From the NCBI GenBank assembly GCA_043803745.1, contig JAZDJS010000046.1:1-10454 (forward strand): a stretch of 10,454 bases of DNA. Reading direction: 5' to 3'. The notes beneath the pieces are model-generated. The model worked only from the letters and a program-made list of their open reading frames with translations, had not been told where the DNA came from and searched no databases. The position numbers were made by a program, and so were the translations under genes. This DNA comes from an archaeon (GTDB taxonomy: Archaea; SpSt-1190; DYHY01). Numbering within the stretch: the stretch's first letter is position 1; every line of letters starts with the position of its first letter. Below are positions 1 through 6,484 of the stretch, piece by piece.

Positions 1-429
1 GCGATATCTTACTCCAGTCGCGAATCCCCGGTCAATTAGCGCGGGTTTTTTCGCCAAGCCAATATCGACAAAGCCCGTGTTCTCAGTCAGGTTTTCCACT
101 TCAAGGCGGGAAGCGTCCGTCGGCGTGCCGTCATATTCCCCGAGCCGTTCTCCGAGAAGCGCCTGATAGAACTCGAGCTGGAGGGCAAGGTTTCCTTCAG
201 CCAAAAGCCGCGTGCCAGGATTCGCGAATCTTTCATCACCTTCCTCAACATAGGTGTTCTGGTAATTTGTCTTGAGTTTTCTCGCAGTTACCAAAAGTCC
301 CTCGGCGTCCGCCGATTCAAGCACATAACCCCATGTTTTCGCGCTTGCTACGGAAAAGAAGAGCGCGCCGTTCGGAGCCCGGATGTAGGTTATGCCCTCA
401 ATCGTTTCTTCAGTGAATTCCCCAGCCAT
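1..429 (-). CDS. Hypothetical protein, runs off the left window edge (at least 143 aa)
   Basis: Manual translation from the ATG at 429 is open to base 1: MAGEFTEETIEGITYIRAPNGALFFSVASAKTWGYVLESADAEGLLVTARKLKTNYQNTYVEEGDERFANPG...GFATGVRYR. It is missing from the ORF track because no stop is in the window. A TATA-like TTAAAAAA lies about 21-28 nt upstream. No family recognised. Confidence 0.75.
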   Translation of the reverse strand, partial: MAGEFTEETIEGITYIRAPNGALFFSVASAKTWGYVLESADAEGLLVTARKLKTNYQNTYVEEGDERFANPGTRLLAEGNLALQLEFYQALLGERLGEYDGTPTDASRLEVENLTENTGFVDIGLAKKPALIDRGFATGVRYR

Positions 430-448
430 TCCCGCCGGAGCTTTCGCT

Positions 449-470
449 CTTTTTTAACAGTTCTCTTTTC
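449..470 (-). promoter_or_regulatory. Putative TATA box with purine-rich upstream element for the 429 ORF
   Basis: Minus strand reads GAAAAGAGAACTGTTAAAAAAG; spacing to the ATG fits a leaderless start. Confidence 0.45.
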
Positions 471-490
471 TGGATTTAAGCCGCTGGGAA

Positions 491-937
491 CTACTGGACC
501 ATCGGGCTGACATAAACGTCGATTGCAACGAACGTTCCCTCGTCGGGCGCGCCCGTCTTGTCTTCCCAGCCGGTTGTTGCTAGCGTCACCCCGTATTTTT
601 CAGGGGGAAAGAACGCAGAAACGGCAGATGCGTATTTTCTGACGGTTCCGAAAACATCCTCCATCTCTTTGAGAATGGGGGTTATCCGGACAACCTCGAT
701 CCTTTCAGTTAGCTTGAGTTTGCCAGCGGCACCGACGAGCCGTTCGAATTCACGATATGCTTCCGCGGCAATCAGGGCCGGAGGCTCGTCAGGATATCCC
801 GTTACTGCGTTCATCCCCGGCTGGATTGTAAGAACTTCCATATTCTGCAATTCACCCTCCCCAAAATAAGCTTTCGGCGTTCTCGTAGTTATCATGACCA
901 CGCAGGAATGGGTTTTCTTTTTAAGAGTTCCTGCCAT
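491..937 (-). CDS. Divergent RidA/YjgF (Rid)-like protein, apparently lacking the catalytic Arg
   Basis: The C-terminal two thirds follow Rid motifs in order: EAYREFERLVGAAG (~QALENLKAILEAAG), EVVRITPILKEMEDVF (~DVVKVTVFLKDMNDF), SAFFPPEKYGVT (~AEFFPEPYPARS), GTFVAIDVYV (~GALVEIEAIA). The CDS is likely real; the family call is by eye. Confidence 0.55.
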   Translation of the reverse strand: MAGTLKKKTHSCVVMITTRTPKAYFGEGELQNMEVLTIQPGMNAVTGYPDEPPALIAAEAYREFERLVGAAGKLKLTERIEVVRITPILKEMEDVFGTVRKYASAVSAFFPPEKYGVTLATTGWEDKTGAPDEGTFVAIDVYVSPMVQ

Positions 938-970
938 CTATCCCGGGAATTTCCCGTTTCTGTCGGCTCC

Positions 971-1252
971 TCACTTAAGTTCGTCGGAGACCTTCTTCGA
1001 GAATTCCCTCGCCGACTTGCCGATTTCCCCGCATGCGTCCTTGACAGCCGAAATCGCGGACCCCTTGGAGGTTTTCACGGAAATGACTGCCGTCTTCTTC
1101 AAGGGATGCTCCAGCTTTGCCACCGCAAATGAGACTGACTTGTTCTTCAGAAGCTCGCCCCTAAGGCCCTGCCCCATGAAATTCCCTTCGCCGTCAACAA
1201 AAATTACTGCTTCCTTCCCCGCTGCCTTCTCCTCGACCTTTCCTATTTCCAT
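971..1252 (-). CDS. rpoL: DNA-directed RNA polymerase subunit L (Rpo11)
   Basis: 93 aa with VDGEGNFMGQGLRGELLKNKSVSFA...EHPL...ISVKT matching the Rpo11 pattern (GEDHTLGNLLREEL...V.FA.Y...HPL...I.T). It follows the METTL5-type gene, as in the known cluster. Confidence 0.85.
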   Translation of the reverse strand: MEIGKVEEKAAGKEAVIFVDGEGNFMGQGLRGELLKNKSVSFAVAKLEHPLKKTAVISVKTSKGSAISAVKDACGEIGKSAREFSKKVSDELK

Positions 1253-1884
1253 ATTTTGTGATAGTCAACCTCCGCTGTTTTCCTCGGCTTCCTGTGGAAC
1301 TCAAAGGATGCCGGCAGAGGGAACTGGAATGTCCCAAGGACGGAATCCCTGAACCCGGATGACTCTGAAAATCCCCTTATAAAGTTTCTTGTTTCCGTGA
1401 GATGGAGGGAATAGACGACCGGCGCATTAAGGGAGAATGCCTTGGCAAGGAATTCCCTGTCGGAATGGCGGGAGGCGAACTGGGCTCCGAAAGGCGGGTT
1501 CATCAGGACAACGTCAATCCCCGCTTCCGAGAATCCGGAAATGTCCGAATTGACTATTTCCGCGGAAATCCCAAACATTTCGAAATTCTCTCGCATTATC
1601 CCGCAGGCTAGGGGGTCGATTTCAACTGAAATAACGTGCCCCGCGCCAACAAGAAAGCATCCCGCCGAGAGTATCCCCGTTCCAGCCCCTAGGTCGCAGA
1701 CGGTTTTCCCCTCAATATCCTGCCTGGCAAGGAAGATCATTGTTGCCGCAACGTTTCCCGGGGTTGCCCATTGCTCAAGCTCGGGCCTGGGTTTCGAGAA
1801 CCCGCGGAATCCGGAAGAAAGGAGGATTTCAAGCTCCTTCTGCCTCATCTCGCTAGCAGCCCCTTTCACGCCGGCAGGAATCAT
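1243..1884 (-). CDS. METTL5-family SAM-dependent (probable rRNA m6A) methyltransferase
   Basis: F.KP.PELEQ(W).TP N-terminal motif, motif I DLGAGTG, VEID, catalytic NPPFG, YSLH, and C-terminal F.FH....EVD. The true start may be the second Met at 1848 (MRQKELEILLS). Confidence 0.92.
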   Translation of the reverse strand: MIPAGVKGAASEMRQKELEILLSSGFRGFSKPRPELEQWATPGNVAATMIFLARQDIEGKTVCDLGAGTGILSAGCFLVGAGHVISVEIDPLACGIMRENFEMFGISAEIVNSDISGFSEAGIDVVLMNPPFGAQFASRHSDREFLAKAFSLNAPVVYSLHLTETRNFIRGFSESSGFRDSVLGTFQFPLPASFEFHRKPRKTAEVDYHKIWK

Positions 1885-1886
1885 GC

Positions 1887-2216
1887 CTACTTGGCCTGTG
1901 CAGGGGCGGCCTTCTTGTTCTTTCCTTCCTTTTCTTTCTGAACCTTTACCTTGCCCTCGGAGACCAGCATCGAAGCAGCGTCGCCATAGACAAGCGCCTG
2001 CCCGAAGGTCTTGTTGAGTCCGTATGTCGTGCGGAAACCGTTTATTGCGAGAAGATTCTCTTCCGCGCCAAGAAGGATCGAAAGCTTGCTCTTCAGTTCC
2101 GATCTTTTCGGAGTCGTGGACGCCCCGTGGCTGACCTCGAAATCAACAATCTTCCTTTTCAGGAGGGGTTCCTCAGCCGTTTTCAGTATCTTTATTTCTC
2201 CGTTCATTTCATTCAT
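1887..2216 (-). CDS. rps24e: 30S ribosomal protein S24e (eS24)
   Basis: PLLKRK..F...H....TP.R......L, T.YG...T.G.A.VY and a Lys-rich tail. GAGGA at 2217-2221 abuts the first ATG, so the Met at 2207 is the more likely start. Confidence 0.93.
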   Translation of the reverse strand: MNEMNGEIKILKTAEEPLLKRKIVDFEVSHGASTTPKRSELKSKLSILLGAEENLLAINGFRTTYGLNKTFGQALVYGDAASMLVSEGKVKVQKEKEGKNKKAAPAQAK

Positions 2217-2242
2217 TCCTCGTTTTGTTCAATCCATATTTC

Positions 2243-2286
2243 CAGACTCGGAACCTCGGGTTTGCGGCCCTCGGTCACTCCATCCG
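2243..2286 (-). other. Intergenic bulged RNA stem-loop with tandem G.A pairs
   Basis: Minus strand CGGA-UGGA-GUG-ACC-GA-GGG-CCGCAAA-CCC-GA-GGU-UCCG-AG-UCUG folds by hand into one 44-nt hairpin. Confidence 0.4.
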
Positions 2287-2288
2287 TA

Positions 2289-2483
2289 CTACCGGACCCG
2301 TAGCGCGAACTCTCCCTTGACTTCGACGCCCATTTCCTTTGCAATCTGGGAGTTGGCCGGGTCGTATATTATCGCCATTCCCGCCCAGGTTGTCGTGAAA
2401 TCGTTTCCTCCGCATAGGGGGCAGGCGGTCCCGCGCGCGGAAACGACAATCCTGCAGTTCCTGCAAACCTTTTCCTGTACCAT
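2289..2483 (-). CDS. spt4: Transcription elongation factor Spt4 (RpoE'')
   Basis: CRNC...CPLCG zinc ribbon, T.W.G..II.DP..S.IA..M.....G.FALRVR; directly downstream of rpoE1. Confidence 0.96.
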   Translation of the reverse strand: MVQEKVCRNCRIVVSARGTACPLCGGNDFTTTWAGMAIIYDPANSQIAKEMGVEVKGEFALRVR

Positions 2484-2486
2484 GTC

Positions 2487-3053
2487 CTATTTCTTCTCCG
2501 TTCCGCCCTTCCGTTCCTCTTCGAGCCATTCGAACTTTCCAAGTCCCGGCTGCTTCATCGTGAGTCCTATTTTCGATGACGCGCTCTTCAGGCTTATCGT
2601 TACGAGGCGCGCCCGGACCCGGTCCCCGACCTTGAGGCTTTTCCCCCCCGTCTTTCCGGAGAGAACGCCCTCCTTCGAGAAGCTCATGAACTCGTCCGAT
2701 GCCTGGGAAACGTGCACAAGCCCGTCAAGGGGGCCTATCCGCACGAAAACCCCGAACTCGACAACCTCGATCACCTCGCCGTCGACAACCTCGTGGAGTT
2801 CCGGCTTGTAAACAAGCGCCTCGAAAAGCGTGTCATAGTAGACCGCGCCGTCTCCGGCAATTATGTTCCCGTCCGAGATTTCCTTGACGCTCGTCACACA
2901 GAGGATTATCCCCTTTTCCTTGTCCATCATCCCCTCAACGCCTTCCCGAAGCGCCTTTTTGACCGATTCCAGGGAGCTTTCCTCCAGGAACTTAGGCGGC
3001 ACCCGAACGCTTTCCTTCATTGTCACAATCTCATACATTTTCGCTGTATTCAT
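2487..3053 (-). CDS. rpoE1: DNA-directed RNA polymerase subunit E' (Rpo7)
   Basis: VRVPP, GDGAVYY, P..HEVV.GEV..V.EFG.FVRIGPLDGLVHVSQ, GD.VRAR, KIGLTMKQPGLGK.EW. The start is probably MY at 3038. Confidence 0.97.
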   Translation of the reverse strand: MNTAKMYEIVTMKESVRVPPKFLEESSLESVKKALREGVEGMMDKEKGIILCVTSVKEISDGNIIAGDGAVYYDTLFEALVYKPELHEVVDGEVIEVVEFGVFVRIGPLDGLVHVSQASDEFMSFSKEGVLSGKTGGKSLKVGDRVRARLVTISLKSASSKIGLTMKQPGLGKFEWLEEERKGGTEKK

Positions 3054-3609
3054 CCTCCAATTCTTCGGAACCGGCGGCTTCGGAGAGGACCTTCCTCCTA
3101 AAAACCTTGGTTCCGTGCATTATGACCTTTTTCGCCTCATTCTCATCCCCCCAGCCGATTATCTCGAAGGTCGTCCTTCCGCCAAGGGCCTCGCGGAAGG
3201 TTGTGAAGAAGTGGAAAAGTTCCTCCTGGATGTGCGGGGAAAGATCCCTCGCTGAGAAAACCTTCTCGTATTTCGGGTCCCCGAGCGGCACCGAGAGTAT
3301 TTTGTCGCTCCGCTTTTCGTCAGCGCCGAGAATCTTGAGGACGCCCACAGGGCGGGCGGGAATTACGCAGCCGGGAAAAGTCGGCTCGTCAACAAGAACG
3401 AGGGATTCGATTGGCCTCCCGCTGTCCCAGCAGGTTCTCGGGACGAATCCGCAGTCAGTCGGGTATGCCAGGGCCGAGAAAACGCCCTCAAGAACGGGAT
3501 GATCCCCCTCAAGGTTGAATCTCTGCCTGCCGCCCTTGAGAATTTCGACTACGACGTTTATATCCTCAGGCGGGTTTTTTCCGCAGGGCAATTCCTTCCA
3601 AAGACCCAT
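3031..3609 (-). CDS. ppa: Family I inorganic pyrophosphatase homologue with a degenerate active site (probable pseudo-enzyme)
   Basis: Scaffold motifs are intact (G.NPPEDINVVVEI, YP.D.GFVPRT, LVLVDEPTFPGCVI.ARPVGVLK, DKILSVP..DP, HFF, I.GW.D..EA), but the DGDPxD signature reads SGRPIE. It occupies the usual ppa position upstream of rpoE1. Confidence 0.88.
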   Translation of the reverse strand: MGLWKELPCGKNPPEDINVVVEILKGGRQRFNLEGDHPVLEGVFSALAYPTDCGFVPRTCWDSGRPIESLVLVDEPTFPGCVIPARPVGVLKILGADEKRSDKILSVPLGDPKYEKVFSARDLSPHIQEELFHFFTTFREALGGRTTFEIIGWGDENEAKKVIMHGTKVFRRKVLSEAAGSEELEDEYSENV

Positions 3610-3615
3610 TCTCAG

Positions 3616-3981
3616 TCAGTTTCCTCCGGAGATCACGAGCTTGCGCTTTCCCCTTAGGAAAAGATGCCTGAATTTTCCTTTAAAAGACTTTAGTTTTCTG
3701 ACGAGGGCAAAGTCCTGGGTGCCGACAACCAGCACCTCCCCCGAGGATTCGATGAGTTTCCCGATTTCCCGGTCAGCATAATGCGCTTCCCCCGGAAGCT
3801 GCTTACACCCGCCCTTCAGGAGATATTCCAGGACGGGCCCCTTCCCAAGCCGCACAAGTTCGTGCGCAACCGCAGAGGGGACGAGAATCTTTCCGGATGA
3901 AAGCTGCTTCAGCTCAATCAGGTCAAGCCTCTTGTATCTGAAAAGCTCGAGAACAAGCGAGGTATCGAGGATGAGCGTCAT
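3616..3981 (-). CDS. PIN-domain ribonuclease, Fcf1/Utp24-like
   Basis: The acidic tetrad is present: ILD6TS, V.HE41L, YAD70, TQD90..L.RKL, plus C-terminal FLRGKRKL. This family is commonly syntenic with aIF2-gamma and rpoE. Confidence 0.88.
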   Translation of the reverse strand: MTLILDTSLVLELFRYKRLDLIELKQLSSGKILVPSAVAHELVRLGKGPVLEYLLKGGCKQLPGEAHYADREIGKLIESSGEVLVVGTQDFALVRKLKSFKGKFRHLFLRGKRKLVISGGN

Positions 3982-4628
3982 TTCTCAAGTTCCAGCCGCA
4001 GGACTCCGCCCGAAAAGCTTTTCCCGACAATGTGCGCCTCGGAAGGGATTGCGATTATCTTGAAATATCCCTGTTCCTTCCCGTATGCGCGGACTTCGAT
4101 CGAACTCTCCATTTTCGCGATTTCAACATCCCGGATTGACGATATCTTCGGAAGGTTCATCTCAACCACGACCCGCGCACCCTCGCTCGTGACCTTTGTC
4201 TGGGGCTCGGAGAAGCTTTTCGGGGCCGCCTTTTGAACCCCTTTCGGGGCGCCGCCCCTGCCGGGATTGAGCGCTCTTGTCCCCGGGCTCCCGCCAACCT
4301 CAAGCCCCTGCGCCTGAAGACTCCTTTCGACATCCTCAGGCCTGACGTTCCCGAATGTCTTTATCTCGACCGCAGGCTTTTCCCCGCCGCTTTTCCTGGT
4401 TATTTTCACCGAAAACCCGCCGGCGTTATGTGAGAACATCGGGGTCGCGTCGAAAGCCTCGAAATTGTGGTTCTGCATCGGCGCCCTCGCCATCCGCCGA
4501 ATCCGTTCGTTGAACTCGCTTATGAACTCGCTGAAGAAATCCGTGTAAAGCTCCTCCCCGCAGCCCGGGCAGAACTTCCAGGATGAATCGACGATTTCCC
4601 CGCAGTTGACACACCTTCTTGCAGCCAT
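3978..4628 (-). CDS. Zinc-ribbon plus archaeal Hsp20/alpha-crystallin domain fusion protein
   Basis: N-terminal CVNCG...WKFCPGCG; Phe-rich helix; GFSVKI....KP.VEIKTFGNV as in archaeal Hsp20 N-regions; Gly/Pro linker; alpha-crystallin-like EP.TKV...VVVEMNLP.I...DVEI...SIEVRA...YFKII.IP...FSGGVL.LEL.K. Confidence 0.8.
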   Translation of the reverse strand: MAARRCVNCGEIVDSSWKFCPGCGEELYTDFFSEFISEFNERIRRMARAPMQNHNFEAFDATPMFSHNAGGFSVKITRKSGGEKPAVEIKTFGNVRPEDVERSLQAQGLEVGGSPGTRALNPGRGGAPKGVQKAAPKSFSEPQTKVTSEGARVVVEMNLPKISSIRDVEIAKMESSIEVRAYGKEQGYFKIIAIPSEAHIVGKSFSGGVLRLELEK

Positions 4629-5531
4629 TCAGCGGGGGGTTGCCCCGGGGTTAAAAATTTTGTGATTGAAAATGCCGAGAAAAACGAGGACGCCCCCGAC
4701 TATTACCGCGCCTCCGAGGAGCTGGCCTGCCGAGGGAACAAGGCCGAGGAAAACGAATGAAAAGAGCGCCGAAAAAAGGACGTTCGTAACCCCGGCAAAC
4801 TGCATCCGGGAGGGCCCGAATTTCTCAATGCAGTAGAATATCAGGCTCACGTTCGCGACAAAGAAAGCGGCTCCGCCAAGCGCGTACGGGAACTCTGAAG
4901 AAAAAGTCCGAATCGGGTTAACCCCGAAAAATAGGGGCTCGAGGACGTAAAACCCCGCGGTTGCGACAGCAACGCTTGAAAGAAGGAGCGCGTTCCGCTC
5001 AGCGCCCTCTGAAAAGCCCTTCTTCGAGGCAATGTTGCCTGATGAGACGAAAAGGACGAATCCAAGGATGAGAACGCTTCCGGAAGAAATGGAAAAGCCG
5101 CCTCCTGAAAGTATTATCATCGCAGCTCCGGCAAGCATCACAAGTCCCCCGAGGAATTCCCTGGCCGACATCCTTTCCCTGAGGAAAACGTATGCCAGAG
5201 CGGCAGTTGCAAAGGTGGACAGCTGGGAAAGGAGTGTGAATGCTGTCGGGGTCGTTCTTGACTGGGCGATGAAATAGAACAGGTCCGCGAAAACCCGCAG
5301 GCCTCCGAGGATTGCGGCCCATTTCAGAAGCGTCGCAGGATTCTTCCGAACGGAAGCCAGCAGGGACCTGCCGAAAAAGGCGGCCAGCAGAAGGACCGCA
5401 AGGAGGCTCCTGTTCGCTGTGAAAGTCACAGGGTCTATTTTCCCCGCTGAAAAAGCCCATTTCAGGAAGACCAGCTCAAGGGAGAAGATGAGCGGGCTTG
5501 CCAGGAGAATCAGGGGGAACGGTTTTTTCAT
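4629..5531 (-). CDS. DMT/EamA-family transporter (about 10 TM helices)
   Basis: 300 aa, very hydrophobic, two EamA-type repeats: DP...TANR, LAYVFLRERMS.RE.LG..VML.G, IEKFGPS, FLG......QLLGG.VIV.GV. Confidence 0.92.
   Translation of the reverse strand: MKKPFPLILLASPLIFSLELVFLKWAFSAGKIDPVTFTANRSLLAVLLLAAFFGRSLLASVRKNPATLLKWAAILGGLRVFADLFYFIAQSRTTPTAFTLLSQLSTFATAALAYVFLRERMSAREFLGGLVMLAGAAMIILSGGGFSISSGSVLILGFVLFVSSGNIASKKGFSEGAERNALLLSSVAVATAGFYVLEPLFFGVNPIRTFSSEFPYALGGAAFFVANVSLIFYCIEKFGPSRMQFAGVTNVLFSALFSFVFLGLVPSAGQLLGGAVIVGGVLVFLGIFNHKIFNPGATPR
4648..4666 (-). promoter_or_regulatory. Putative BRE-TATA for the Zn-ribbon/Hsp20...rpoE unit, inside the 3' end of the EamA gene
   Basis: Minus strand CACAAAATTTTTAACCC; TTTTTAAC at 4650-4657 is 22-29 nt upstream of the ATG at 4628, in otherwise GC-rich sequence. 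Confidence 0.55.
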
Positions 5532-6436
5532 TTCTTTTTCTTTCCCTTTGCCCGCTCGAGCTCCTTTTTTAAAACCCGTCCCTCCTCCCGGAAGAAGAGG
5601 ACTGCGCCGGCAACGAGAATCCCGCCCCCGAAAAGTTGGTGCGCCCTGATTATTTCAGAAAGGACTGCTGCGGAAATCAACGGCGTGAATACTGCGGAGA
5701 GGATGAAGACGAGGTTCGTTTTGGAGGGTCCTATCCTCTCAATTAAAATCAAGACTATTTTCGTCAAGGCGACAATCAAGACAGCCTCAATCAGCGCGTA
5801 GAGGGAAACTTCGGCAAGATTGGCGGGAACCCGCCCATAAAACGGGATAAGGACAAGTCCCGCCGCAGCCGAGAAGAACATCCCGCCGACAAGGTAGCTG
5901 TTGTAGCTCATCCCGGCCTTCTCCCCGACCTTCAGGAGGATGCTTGCCGCCGCAACAAAAAAGGCGAAAAGCAACGTTAGCAGGTCGCCAGCCGAAGGGG
6001 CGTCAAGCCTTCCTCCGGTTACTATTATCCCCGCCCCGACAACCATTACCAACCCAAAGAGGATTTCCCGGAAGGTCAACCGCTCGGAAAGGGCGAAATA
6101 TGCAATTATTGCCGTGAAAACCACCGCGAACTGGGAGAGGAAGGAATAGTTTATCGGGCTTGAATATTTCTGGGCGAAGAAGAAGAGAAAGTCTCCCGCG
6201 GCGCGGAAAACGAAGACAGCAATGAGGATTTTCAGGGCCCGCCCGCCCTTGGAGAAGCTTGCAACAAGCTCCTTTAGGTGGAATGGAGCAAGAATTATTC
6301 CGGCGAAAAGGAGGGAGAGAAAGGTGAAGAAGATCGGGTCAATTCCCCGCTTCATCAGCCAGTTAGCGAGGATGACTTCTATGCTTGCGATGAGCGGACC
6401 GGCAAGGAGGAGTGAGAGGGAGATTTTTTGAGACAT
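5528..6436 (-). CDS. DMT/EamA-family transporter (about 10 TM helices)
   Basis: 302 aa with IDP, IAYFALSERLT.REI.FG.VMV.GA, GDLLTL, IERIGPS, LSE.I..HQLFGG.ILV.G; ATGA overlap with the next EamA gene. Confidence 0.92.
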   Translation of the reverse strand: MSQKISLSLLLAGPLIASIEVILANWLMKRGIDPIFFTFLSLLFAGIILAPFHLKELVASFSKGGRALKILIAVFVFRAAGDFLFFFAQKYSSPINYSFLSQFAVVFTAIIAYFALSERLTFREILFGLVMVVGAGIIVTGGRLDAPSAGDLLTLLFAFFVAAASILLKVGEKAGMSYNSYLVGGMFFSAAAGLVLIPFYGRVPANLAEVSLYALIEAVLIVALTKIVLILIERIGPSKTNLVFILSAVFTPLISAAVLSEIIRAHQLFGGGILVAGAVLFFREEGRVLKKELERAKGKKKK

Positions 6437-6457
6437 TCCCGGGACTTCGCAAATTCC

Positions 6458-6475
6458 AGTTTATAAAATGAACAA
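6458..6475 (-). promoter_or_regulatory. Putative TATA box for the EamA pair
   Basis: TTTATAAA at 6460-6467, 24-31 nt upstream of the ATG at 6436, in an AT-rich 48-bp spacer. Confidence 0.6.
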
Positions 6476-6484
6476 ATCAACTAA

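Noticed and set aside
944-956. Inverted repeat CGGGAA-T-TTCCCG before the Rid-like gene
   Set aside because: The 6-bp arms in GC-rich DNA have no adjacent promoter or T-tract, so it cannot be distinguished from chance.
2243-2283. ATG-GAG-TGA followed by a GA/GA hairpin as a selenocysteine/SECIS signal
   Set aside because: Read-through gives only a 24-aa peptide with no redox motif, the helix geometry does not fit known SECIS types, and neighbouring genes are complete without recoding.
2275-2529. 84-aa minus-strand ORF overlapping spt4
   Set aside because: It is an alternative frame over the unambiguous spt4 gene, Arg/Gly-rich, with no motif.
2011-2811. 266-aa plus-strand ORF and the other plus-strand ORFs in the track
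   Set aside because: They overlap rps24e, spt4, rpoE1 and other confident minus-strand genes, and have Ser/Pro/Arg-rich shadow composition.
3616-4628. PIN plus upstream overlapping gene as a VapBC toxin-antitoxin pair
   Set aside because: The PIN has Fcf1/Utp24-like features and housekeeping synteny, and the upstream protein is Hsp20-like rather than an AbrB/RHH antitoxin.
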